A stretch of DNA of 41,710 bases from Octopus sinensis (GCF_006345805.1 NW_021835269.1:1-41710), one strand, 5' to 3'. Shown: positions 1-10,595, counted from the stretch's first letter. The notes: generated by a model not told the origin, from the letters alone. Made by a program: numbers and translations.

Positions 1-69
1 ACGCTCCCTGTCAAATTGCAAAATTCTAATGTAATATTTGTGTAATAACGAAATCAAATTTGTAGTGTA

Positions 70-124
<55 letters not shown>

Positions 125-647
125 ATTGCAAACAATGAATGAAATAAACATGAAATGAAGAAAAATCGTATGAATAGAAGCTCGTTAAAAATAATCTTGT
201 ACCTAATATTTAAATTTGTGAACTTGAAATATTCCAATAATAAAAGCAAGTTCAAAAAGTAAATTTTCTTGAAAACTTCAATTTATAAAAAATCTCACTT
301 GCTTAGTAGATATTTCTTTCGGTTATTTATCGCTGTTGTTTGCAAATAGCGAATAAAAGCTTAAAATGAAAAGAGAAGAATAGAGAGTGAGAGGGTTCGC
401 AAATGAAGACGGAAAATTTCGCCTGCAACGAATTGATAATGTTTAGGTTGTTGGTACGTCAATACCGGAAGTTGACATTGAAAACTTTTTTTTTCTTAAG
501 TGAATCATGTATATATATAAAGCAATATTTATTTTTAATAAACAAATGAAATGAAGACCCTATTATGTACACAAGGTCAAATTATTCTTGCACCTCAAGT
601 ATGGATCCAATTCACGGGAAAAACGAATACATACAGGTCTATTTATA

Positions 648-1123
648 TCTTTATATATAAAAGTGAAGTTGTGTGTGTGTCTGTCTCCTACGATTTAGAT
701 TCCTAACTACTCCCACATTTTGCGATGCAGTTTAACCAAAACCGGATATCTTATAGTCGTGATTCATATCGAGCCCTTCTGGGTATTATCGCGCGTCTAC
801 GATGAGTCTACGATTTTAAAAATAATTTAACATCATTTTTTATTCCATTTTAATGCATAATTTTTCGTGTGTCGATGGCGGCGGAGTTGGCGTCCATGGT
901 CACACCTGCACCTGTGGGGAAGGGAGTGTAAGGAAATCAACGTCGTAATGCGTTGTCAAGGAGAGCAGCGTTCTTTTAGAACAACGACTTCATGGCTTGA
1001 AGACACCAAAACAAAAATGGCTAAGAAAGCCCGAATTGGCATCTATAAAGGAAGTAACTCTCTAAAAATGCTTATATAGTTATTTCCCTTACAAACCCGA
1101 GCAACGCCGGGCGATACTGCTAG
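648..1123 (+). mobile_element. Non-autonomous Helitron, copy 1 of a tandem pair
   Basis: Starts with TC after A647, has a subterminal (GT)n/gtct microsatellite and a 3' hairpin cccgagcaacgccggg (1096-1111), and ends in CTAG (1120-1123). No TSD. Confidence 0.85.
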
Positions 1124-1514
1124 TCTTTATATATAAAAGTGAAGTTGTGTGTCTGTCTCCTACGATTTAGATTCCTAACTACTTCCACATTTTGCGGTGC
1201 AGTGTAACCAAAAGCGGGTATCTTATAGTCGTGATTCTTATCGAGCCCTTCTGGGTATTAGCACGCTTCTACGATGAGTCTACGATTTTAAAAAGAATTT
1301 ACCATCAATTCTTCCCATTTTAATGCATTTTTGGCATATATAAGGGAAGTAACTCTCTAAAAATGTATTATTAAATCTCAGAACGTAAAAAGCTACAGTA
1401 ACACCCCGCTTTGTGGTTAGCCATATTGAGATGGCTATTATACTTTACATTTCTAAAAATTCATATATAGTTATTTCCCTTACAAACCCGAGCAACGCCG
1501 GGCGATACTGCTAG
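1124..1514 (+). mobile_element. Non-autonomous Helitron, copy 2 of a tandem pair
   Basis: Its TC start abuts the CTAG of copy 1. It shares the 5' ~190 bp and the 3' hairpin plus CTAG (1511-1514), followed by T1515 (A|T target). Confidence 0.85.
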
Positions 1515-1648
1515 TAATAGATATAACAAATGATAGAGATGAAAATAGAATAAACGGGAGACCGTTTCGACGCATTTTACATCGATCTCACGCGGCTGGC
1601 ATACTATACAACTGGGTGGGATGCCTCCCACGGTGGAGGCGCGTCTCC

Positions 1649-2079
1649 TTACTTGTACTTACCTGTGGCAACATTCACCCTGGGCGGGTTGGGTCGGCTT
1701 CTTCCACCACCCTCGAGGCATTGTATTCGCCATTGAGAATTCATGGAAGAAGTTTCGTGGGAATATGTGGATTTCAAAAGCGGTCCCCAACAATCCCGCA
1801 TGTATAGACATCCTGTTTGCCGCAGATTGTCCGCAGACGCAGGGACAGAACAACCGAGGTGCCGCCGGTTGCCGAAACAGACACTCCGAGGATTTTCACC
1901 AGAGCCCCGTCTGCCGGGTTGTGGCCCTAATACCACTCGGTGTCAGACCAATCCGCCTTGGGTGGCCCTACCAGGAACCGAAGTTCCCGACGGCATAGCT
2001 CTGACACTACCCGTTACCAGCGTCCCCACCACGGTGAGGAGGGGATGGACTTTGGGGACGCAGATGGACTTTGGGGACG
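1649..2079 (-). mobile_element. Short RTE-derived non-autonomous retroposon, copy 1
   Basis: Homologous along its length to 33657-34037. The minus strand has an RTE 5'UTR-like motif (gctatgcc...ggtagggccacccaagg) and an aagtacaagtaa tail. A 17-bp 5' duplication cgtccccaaagtccatc is present. Confidence 0.7.
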
Positions 2080-2190
2080 TAAAGTTATGTAATGTTATGT
2101 AAAGTTATAAGGGGTATCTCGTTAAATAAACTCTGTTTTGCTCAGTTTTAGTACAGCATGTTGTTAGTGACAGTATGTTTTATACAGGAT

Positions 2191-2573
2191 GGAGGCGCAA
2201 TGGCCCAGTGGTTAGGGCAGCGGACTCGCGGTCATAGGATCGCGGTTTTGATTCCCAGACCGGGCGTTGTGAGTGTTTATTGAGCGAAAACACCTAAAGC
2301 TCCACGAGGCTCCAGCAGGGATGGTGGTGATCCCTGCTGTACTCTTTCACCACAACTTTTTCTCACTCTTACTTCTTGTTTCTGTTGTACCTGTATTTCA
2401 AAGGGCCGGCCTTGTCACTCTTTGTGTCACGCTGAATATCCCCGAGAACTACGTTAAGGGTACACGTGTCTGTGGAATGCTCAGCCACTTACACGTTAAA
2501 TTCACGAGCAGGCTGTTCTGTTGATTCGGATCAACCGGAACCCTCGTCGTCGTAACCGACGGAGTGCTTCCAC
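2191..2573 (+). mobile_element. tRNA-derived SINE family A, tail type A1
   Basis: tRNA-like head with A box (tggcccagtgg) and degenerate B box. 10-bp TSD tatacaggat at 2181-2190 and 2574-2583. Confidence 0.9.
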
Positions 2574-2595
2574 TATACAGGATATTTATGAATTG

Positions 2596-2876
2596 GTGGA
2601 GGCGCAATGGCTTAGTGGTTAGGGCAATGGTTTCGATTCCCAGACCGGGCGTTGTGAGTGTTTATTGAGTGAAGACACCTAAAAGCTCCACGAGGCCTCG
2701 GCAGCGGGTGGTGGCGACCCCTGCTGTACTCTTTCGCCACAACTTTCTCTCACCCTTTCTTCTGTAGGCCTGCTCGCTTAGCCAGCGGAGTGGCCTCATT
2801 TGAAGGCTTAAACAATGCAAAGCGCATTGTGACCAGTGATGTGTAGCAACATCTGATAGCCTGGTCAGTCACGGTG
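2596..2876 (+). mobile_element. SINE family A, tail type A2 (head internally deleted)
   Basis: Same head and body as A1 but a different 3' ~110 bp. 12-bp TSD atttatgaattg at 2584-2595 and 2877-2888. Confidence 0.9.
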
Positions 2877-3040
2877 ATTTATGAATTGAATTGTATTACA
2901 CCATATCATACTATATTGATTGATTGATTGAATGAATGATTACATGTACTATCACAATTTATATTTTGGTATGATCACAACAGTCCGATGAACGGTAGTG
3001 TGAGACTCCGAGTAAAAGTATGTGAAGATTTCTTCACTAC

Positions 3041-3190
3041 TTGGCAACCGGTATTGGCGTGTTTACGACGCTGTAACCTAGCGGTTCGGTAAGACAAATT
3101 AAGTGGAATAAGTAACGGGGTTTTAAATGTAACTAACCGTTTGGGTCGATTTATTCAACAAAATATTCTTCATGTAGCACCGCAGCACGT
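3041..3190 (+). mobile_element. Old SINE family B 3' fragment
   Basis: Diverged match to the B segment gtgtttacgtccccgtaacttagcggttcgg...gggtcgatt. Confidence 0.6.
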
Positions 3191-3204
3191 TTGTTAAAAC
3201 ATAG

Positions 3205-3241
<37 letters not shown>

Positions 3242-3449
3242 GAGAGAGAGAGCGTAAGAGAAATAGAGAGACTGACAGACAGACACACGTACAGCCAGAT
3301 TGAAAGTGATATGGACACAGATATTTCGTGGTTACAAGAACGAAACGAAATATTTAAATCGACCTAAATATTTGTGGAAGTTTAAGCCCCCCCCCCATCC
3401 CTATGAAATAGCAATTCGGCAAAAAGCAACCGATGCAATGAATAACATA

Positions 3450-3548
3450 AATACTGGGGTCGATTTGTTTGACAAACCTTCCACGGCAGTGCCCCAGCAT
3501 GGCCGCGTTCAAATGGCTGAAACAAGTCGAAAGATAAAAAGATTAAGA
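3450..3548 (+). mobile_element. SINE family B 3' end fragment
   Basis: ctggggtcgatt...gccccagcatggccgc...ctgaaacaagt plus an aaaga-type tail. Confidence 0.75.
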
Positions 3549-3565
3549 TACATAAATTTGTACCT

Positions 3566-3677
3566 TTAGCGCGGAGAACTTGCAGAAAACAGCACCGCTT
3601 GGAACCGCTCGAATACGCCGGAAGGTGCTCCGGAAGCTGACACCGTAGTACATCTCCAGCGTTAGAAGCTGTGCAAA

Positions 3678-3679
<2 letters not shown>
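3566..3679 (+). mobile_element. 3' end of an R4/Dong-like non-LTR retrotransposon
   Basis: Translates to LQKTAPLGTARIRRKVL, a decayed version of the C-terminal motif also seen at 4290-4345. Followed by (TAA)n at 3680-3730. Confidence 0.65.
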
Positions 3680-3730
<51 letters not shown>

Positions 3731-3949
3731 GAGCGGGATGGGCTACTCAACTTGAAGAAAATTCTAACTGGGCCCCACCTGCAAGGTCATGTGCTGTTTA
3801 TCTTTATATGAGATCACCATGTCGCGCACATATGGTTGTGATGCATGTGCCTGGTGTACCCTTATCAGACGGGTAGTCATGATGGGTATATTGGGCTTCG
3901 TATATTTTACCCCAGTGCCACTTTGATGGCATGAACTGCTCTCTCACTC
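3731..3949 (+). mobile_element. Probable 3' UTR fragment of another (TAA)n-associated retroelement
   Basis: Non-coding block bounded by (TAA)n on both sides, between two R4/Dong-like 3' ends. Assignment is by context only. Confidence 0.35.
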
Positions 3950-3965
3950 AATAATAATAATAATA

Positions 3966-4352
3966 ACAGAAAACGAGAAAGCAACCATACTCTGGGATAT
4001 GCCGATACACACAGATAGAGAAATTAAGGCCAACAGACCAGATATAGTTGTCAGAGATCATGAAGAAAAAAAATGCTTTCTAATTGATGTATCAATACCG
4101 GCAGATGACAACGTGTCTCTAAAAGAAATGGAGAAACTTTCAAAATACAAAGACCTGGAAATAGAGATAACCAGAATGTGGAATTTAAAAACAGTAACAA
4201 TTCCTATCATAGTAGGTGCATTAGGCATGATAAAAAAATATTCAGACAAATACATAACAAAAACACCAGGACTTACAAACACATATAACATACAGAAAAT
4301 TGCACTACTAGGCACTGCACACATCCTACGCAGAACACTTTCCATACAATAA
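3966..4352 (+). pseudogene. C-terminal restriction-like endonuclease (PD-(D/E)xK) domain of an R4/Dong-clade element, 5'-truncated
   Basis: Open frame TENEKATILWDMPIHTDREIKANRPDIVVRD...LIDVSIP...KEMEKLSKYKDL...IVGALG...QKIALLGTAHILRRTL. The 3'UTR runs to 4450, then (AAT)n at 4451-4522. Confidence 0.85.
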
Positions 4353-4447
4353 CCATCAGAGCATCACAACAAATCACAGCACATACCTAAGGCACACAGA
4401 GCTGCGCTCGGTAGTCAAGTGAAAGCACGCTATAAAAAATAAAACTA

Positions 4448-4522
<75 letters not shown>

Positions 4523-4795
4523 CTATGGAACGAGAGACATTACGTTTGCAATTTAAACCTTTCCAGTACAAGCTAACTAAACCCTTCTTTGTTTCACATC
4601 ATTAATTACAACGATTTTAAAATTCTAATTACTTAAATGCTCTCATAATTACAAGCATAATATTTGACTTCTTCAAACTACGTGCCATTCAAAAGCATTC
4701 TCGCGTTAAGTTCTTCCATGTTTAACAACGGTAAAGCAAAACGGTGCACATACACATAGACCTATATAAATATATATACATGTGTGTATATACAT

Positions 4796-4838
<43 letters not shown>

Positions 4839-4906
4839 CACACACACGCGCGAACACATGCATACACACACATACATACACGAACACACGTAAATATTTG
4901 TGCATA

Positions 4907-5326
4907 CTCTCTTTACTCTTTACTCTTTTACTTGTTTCAGTCATTTGACTGCGGCCATGCTGGAGCACCGCCTTTAATCGAGCAACTCGACCCCGGGACT
5001 TATTCTTTTTTTTTGTAAGCCCAGTACTTATTCTATCGGTCTCTTTTGCCGAACCGCTAAGTAACGGGGACATAAACACACCAGCATCGGTTGTCAAGCA
5101 ATGCTAGGGGGACAAACACAGACACACAAACACACACACGCATATATATATATATACATATATACGACGGGCTTCTTTCAGTTTCCGTCTACCAAATCCA
5201 CTCACAAGGCATTGGTCGGCCCGAGGCTATAGTAGAAGACACTTGTCCAAGATGCCACGCAGTGGGACTGAACCCGGAACCATGTGGTTGGTTATCAAGC
5301 TACTTACCACACAGCCACTCCTGCGC
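4907..5326 (-). mobile_element. SINE family B, full length
   Basis: tRNA-like head gcgcaggagtggctgtgtgg...ggttcagtcc, internal (TA)/(CA) microsatellite, and (taaaagag)n tail. Confidence 0.9.
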
Positions 5327-5337
5327 TTATGTGTATA

Positions 5338-5383
<46 letters not shown>

Positions 5384-5457
5384 CATTATAATTATTCAAC
5401 TATCGATAACCACGCCTCGGGTACACCTCATTAGCCATGGTAATAATTATAATTGTT

Positions 5458-5645
5458 AGGCTTGCTAGCAGAATCGTTAGCGACATTTCGTCTGTCTTTA
5501 CATTCTGGGTTCAAATTCCGCCGAAGTCAACGTTGCCATTCATCCTTTCGGGGTCGATAAATTAAGTACCAGTTATGTACTGGGGTCAACGAAATCGACT
5601 ATCCCCCTCCCCTTAATTTCAGGCCTTATGCAATAATAGAAAGTA
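5458..5645 (+). mobile_element. Older family C-related SINE with an alternative tail (C2)
   Basis: C-type core ttcaaattccgccga...catcctttcggggtcgataaattaagtaccag. Its tail runs into (TTA)n at ~5645-5880. Confidence 0.75.
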
Positions 5646-5722
5646 TTATTATTATCGTTGTTGTTGTTGTTGTAGTTATTGTTATAATTACTATTATTGT
5701 TATTATTGTTATTATTATTATG

Positions 5723-5797
<75 letters not shown>

Positions 5798-6020
5798 GTT
5801 ATCATTATTGGTGGTGGTGTTGTTTTTGTTATTATTTTATCCTTATTATAGATATTATTTTATTGTTATTATTGTTAATTGGTAGAAGTTATAGAGTAAC
5901 ACAAGGCTTGGAAACGACGGGTATGAACAATTATCAAGTGCTAAATTTACTAAGTGCCAATGCACGAAATACTCGGTTCTCGAATCATTCTGTAATTTCG
6001 GTCGATTATGAACAGTAAAA

Positions 6021-6076
<56 letters not shown>

Positions 6077-6077
<1 letters not shown>

Positions 6078-6478
6078 CTTTTTTTACTCTTTTCACATGT
6101 TTCAGTCATTTGACTGCGGCCATGCTGGAGCAACTCCTTTAGTCGAGCAAATCGACACCAGGACTTATTCTTTGTAAGCCTAGTACTTATTCTATCGGTC
6201 TCTTTTGCCGAACCGCTAAGTAACGGGGACGTAAACATACCAGCATCGGTTGTCGAGCGATGTTTGGGGGGGGACAAACACAGACACACAATCACACATA
6301 TATATCTATACATATATACGACAGGCTTCTTTCAGTTTCCGTCTACCAAATCCACTCACAAGGCTTTGGCCGGCCCGAGGCTATAGAAAACACTTGCCCA
6401 AGGTGCCACGCAGTGGGACTGAACCCGGAACTATGTGGTTGGTAAGCAAGCTACTTACCACATAGCCACTCCTGTGCC
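6077..6478 (-). mobile_element. SINE family B, full length, in (TA)n
   Basis: Near-identical to 4907-5326 and flanked by (TA)n. Confidence 0.9.
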
Positions 6479-6795
6479 TATATATATATCTGAAAGATTT
6501 TATAAAATCATTACAAAATAAACAAGGCATAAAGAATCCACCTCCAAATCCACTGCTTGAAAACTTCGAAAAGGATGAAATTAACCTCTCTGTCTATATA
6601 CATACCCTCTTTGTAATGTTGGCAAATGAAATATGTATACAAAAATGTGCATTGTCCGTTTAATTAAAAAAATTCTATATGTGGCTGAAGATTGCTCGAT
6701 ATTTTAAAACTGATGTAATATTCACGGTGTTTAATATAATGAAGTAGCATGAAACGATTGTACTACACTACCTTGGATATCCTTGTTGCTTGTTT

Positions 6796-6846
<51 letters not shown>

Positions 6847-6851
6847 ATATA

Positions 6852-7059
6852 TCTATCTTGATTCGTTAGCTACTGCACGCATTTTTTTTCTCTCCTTCTT
6901 TCTGTGTTTTTCTCTCTCTGTGTATCTTTCTGTTGAAGAGCGTAGGCTCGAAACGTTAAAGACTTGTTTTATTTATATTTCCTGAGCGCCATACTAATAC
7001 AATTGTTCGTTTGTTTTCCACCTGCCTTCGTCTTTTGTTTATTTTCATAAAGCTTCCCG

Positions 7060-7060
<1 letters not shown>
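6852..7060 (+). mobile_element. Penelope-like terminal-repeat remnant with a hammerhead-like motif (6925-6962)
   Basis: tcttt-CTGTTGA-A-gagc-gtag-gctc-GAAA-cgt-t-aaaga. Flanked by (TA)n on both sides and homologous to 8072, 10375 and 25711. Confidence 0.6.
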
Positions 7061-7137
<77 letters not shown>

Positions 7138-7339
7138 CATAAATGTACTGTTTCGTGATGGTAAGATCAACAAAAGAGTAATCCATCTGCTGAGAGATAA
7201 ATATTGTTTAATGGACAAAATACATTTTTTTATGGACTACTAATAGCTTGATATGTGGTTTGTGCCTCATGAATAGGTTCGAGATTTTTTTGAACATATG
7301 AAATTATTGGTAGCACATATTTTGTCTAGTAAATATTGT

Positions 7340-7413
7340 ATGTATGTATGTATGTATGCATGTATGTATGTATGTATGTATGTATGTATGTATGTATGTA
7401 TGTATGTATGTAT
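7340..7413. repeat. (TATG)n microsatellite
   Basis: Direct reading. Confidence 0.95.
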
Positions 7414-7855
7414 GAAAATATTTTGAACAAGCAGTAACTTGAAATTCGAAATAGCAATACCAGAAATTTCAGTTTATACTAAAATATTGAATTGTGTAAC
7501 ATATCCAGTTCAATTTTCACACGCAGCGTCGAATGACACAAAGATGTATCACAAATATATTATAACAGCGAAATATATACGGCATTACGCGACATTAATT
7601 AATTAATTAAACTAACTGCTAACAAATGCGTTTTCTATGCAAATCGGATTCTTCGATTTGATGAGGTAATTAATTCTAGCAGAAAAAAAGAATATCTCCA
7701 TAGACTGTTATAAATGGGTGGTCAGTTCCTTAAAAAAACTGTTCCAGTGAGACTGACTCATTATTAATTATTCTCTGCAGAAAAACGTTGTATAAAATAC
7801 ACCAGCGTTAAATTTAGAACAAAAAGTCGTGGGTTTACTGTGTATATGTTTGCGT

Positions 7856-7891
7856 AGGTAGGTAAGGTAGGTAGGTAGGTAGGTAGGTAGG

Positions 7892-7983
<92 letters not shown>

Positions 7984-7984
7984 G

Positions 7985-8072
<88 letters not shown>

Positions 8073-8252
8073 TAGCCACTGTACACATTTTTTCACTCCT
8101 TGTTTCTCTTGTTTTTTTCTGTGTCCCTTTCCGTAGAAGAGCGTAGGCTCGAAACGTAAAAAAGTTTTTCTATTCCTGAACGTTATATTAATACATCTGT
8201 TTGTTTTGTACACCACCTGTCTTCGTCGCTTGTTTTTTTCGTGAACTCTCCC

Positions 8253-8322
<70 letters not shown>
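7856..8322. repeat. (GTAG)n/(GATA)n microsatellite, split by an insertion at 8072-8252
   Basis: Direct reading. A further (GATA)n tract lies at ~8540-8668. Confidence 0.95.
8072..8252 (+). mobile_element. Penelope-like terminal-repeat remnant with a hammerhead-like motif (8127-8163)
   Basis: cttt-CCGTAGA-A-gagc-gtag-gctc-GAAA-cgt-a-aaa. (GATA)n on both flanks. Confidence 0.6.
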
Positions 8323-8539
8323 TTAACTTTTACAGCGAAAAGGTTGAGAATGTTATCGAATGTTATTCGTCTTGCTCGCGTACATTAGGATGATGAGGGC
8401 GAGCAATTCGAAGCTTTGAATACCGTGTTTTGATTTTCCTTGTAAAAGTTTACATGTACTTTGCTAAAATGTATGGAATTATACTTCAGTTTAATAAGTT
8501 CTTTTAATACATATTCCACATAAAAGGATACATTAATAT

Positions 8540-8602
<63 letters not shown>

Positions 8603-8603
8603 T

Positions 8604-8669
<66 letters not shown>

Positions 8670-8981
8670 GTAGAGAAGAATAGAGTAGAGAAGAATAGGG
8701 TAGATGATTGATCGCTTCATTCAATCACTCATAATTGCAGCATCTTCTCGTTTTAAGATGAGGATATGCTACAACTTAGAACAACATACACCGAACAATA
8801 AATTAGAATTGCAATTGAAGACAACGTTCATCGAACACATCAAGTGGATGCGTTTATTGAAACAAATGACTTTGCAACATTTGTCTTGTAGGAGCCGTAC
8901 TTTTAAAATGTATATGTGTGGATGTATGAATGGAGGGATGTATTCTCTTTCTCTGTATGTATATGTATGATATATATATAT

Positions 8982-9024
<43 letters not shown>

Positions 9025-9189
9025 CAGAGTGAAAGAGCGGTATATATTTAAATATACATACGTAAATACATAAATGCATATACACACTTACACAAAACAT
9101 ACACACACACATACACACACACATACACACACGTATATTTGTTTGCTTACTCCCTATTTGTTTACTGAAATATATATTCATGTGTCTAG

Positions 9190-9571
9190 AAGTAGTAGTA
9201 GTAGTAGTTAGTAGTAGTAGTAGTAGTAGTGGTGGTGCTGGTGCTGGTGCTGGTGGTGCTGGTGCTGGTGGTGATGGTGGTGTGGTGGTGGTGTGGTGGT
9301 GGTGGTGCTGGTGCTGGTGGTGGTGCTGGTGGTGCTGGTGGTGGTGTGGTGGTGTGGTGGTGGTGGTGATGGTGGTGATGGTGGTGGTGGTGGTGGTGGT
9401 GTGGTGGTGGTGGTGTCGTGGTAATGGTGGTGGTGGTGGTTGTGGTGTGGTGGTGGTCGTGGTAATGGTGGTGGTGGTGGTGGTGGTGGTGGTGGTGGTG
9501 GTGGTTGTGGTGTGGTGGTCGTGGTAATGGTGTGGTGGTGGTGTGTGGTGGTGGTGGTCGTGTAATGGTGG

Positions 9572-9602
<31 letters not shown>

Positions 9603-9663
9603 GAGGTTGGTGGTGCTGTGGTGGTGCTGGTGGTGGTGCTGTGGTGGTGGTGGTGGCGGTTGG

Positions 9664-9694
<31 letters not shown>

Positions 9695-9876
9695 GGTGGG
9701 GGTGGTGGTGGTGGTGGTGGTGGTGCCGGTGGTGGTGTGGTGGTGGTGGTGGTGGTGCTGGTGGTGCTGGTTGCAGTTGTAGTAGTGATGGTAGTTGGTA
9801 TTTGTTGTATTGTGGTTGTGGTGGTGGTGGTGATGAATGGTGTGTGTGGTAGAAGTAGTAGTAGTAGTAGTAGTAA

Positions 9877-9910
<34 letters not shown>

Positions 9911-9985
9911 GTAGTAGTAGTAGTAGTAGCAGTAGTAGTGGTGGTGGTGGTGGTGATAGTAGTAGTAGTAGTAGTAGTAGTAGTT
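9190..9985. repeat. Compound (GTA)n-(GTG)n-(GTA)n trinucleotide tract
   Basis: Direct reading. It accounts for the poly-V/W/G/H ORFs. Confidence 0.95.
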
Positions 9986-10193
9986 CAGGAAATAGAAAAA
10001 TCCTTGGTACAGTACTTTGCATTGAAAACATTCAATCAACAAAAATGGCTTCTTTTATTTTTTTCTTTTCACTTTAATAATCAGATGTTAATAAGTTTAA
10101 GCTATTAAAGTGGAAAGATTATCAAAAAAGCCATTTCCATTTATCTTTTCGTATGTATGTGTGTATGTATGTATGTACGTATGTGTATGTATA

Positions 10194-10270
10194 GCCTCTG
10201 TAGTATATTTGTGATTATCCTTACCTGTTACGTGGGTAACGATTCTAGGGTTCGATTCCCCGCAGAGGTA
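10194..10270 (+). pseudogene. Decayed tRNA-Asp-like sequence (tRNA pseudogene or tRNA-derived repeat head)
   Basis: Acceptor stem GCCTCTG/CAGAGGT, D arm tagtat...ttatc, anticodon loop CTGTTAC (Asp consensus CTGTCAC), and T loop TTCGATT-CCCCG. It carries CpG-type decay and an enlarged variable region. Confidence 0.6.
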
Positions 10271-10374
10271 GTTCTTTATTTCTGGGATACGCATAAGCAG
10301 ACTGCGGTCCAACAACTAAAATAAGTAAACGAATATACATACAAACATACATTCATAAGACATACATATGTATA

Positions 10375-10595
10375 TAGGGAACCAATCGAGACCCCTTTTT
10401 GACTCTCTTCCTTTGTTCCCCTCATTCACTATTAAAAAATGTTTTTTTCGCATCCCTTTTTGTCAAAAAGCGTAGGCTCGAAACGTCAAAGAATTTTCTA
10501 TTTTCCCTAAGCGTCAAACTAATACATCTGCTTGTTGTCCATCACCTGTCTCTGTCTTTTATTTCTTGTAATCTGAAGCATGTACTGGTTCCTTA
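10375..10595 (+). mobile_element. Decayed Penelope-like terminal-repeat remnant with a hammerhead-like motif (10456-10492)
   Basis: cttt-TTGTCAA-A-aagc-gtag-gctc-GAAA-cgt-c-aaag. The downstream aatacatc...cacctgtct segment is shared with the 8072 copy. Confidence 0.55.

Noticed and set aside
1616-2102. Overlapping 60-125-aa ORFs
   Set aside because: They lie within a GC-rich repeat, mostly antisense to it. The frames are not conserved in the second copy, and there are no domain motifs.
2191-2270. tRNA-like heads of the A, B and C SINEs as tRNA genes
   Set aside because: They retain A/B boxes but not a complete cloverleaf, and are fused to SINE bodies with TSDs.
2985-3016. CCGATGA-A-CGG...CCG, similar to a PLE hammerhead start
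   Set aside because: There is no GAAA or stem III. At most it is a deleted relic.
7594-7644. TAAT array plus octamer ATGCAAAT as an enhancer
   Set aside because: These short AT-rich motifs are expected by chance in this composition, and no independent support is visible.
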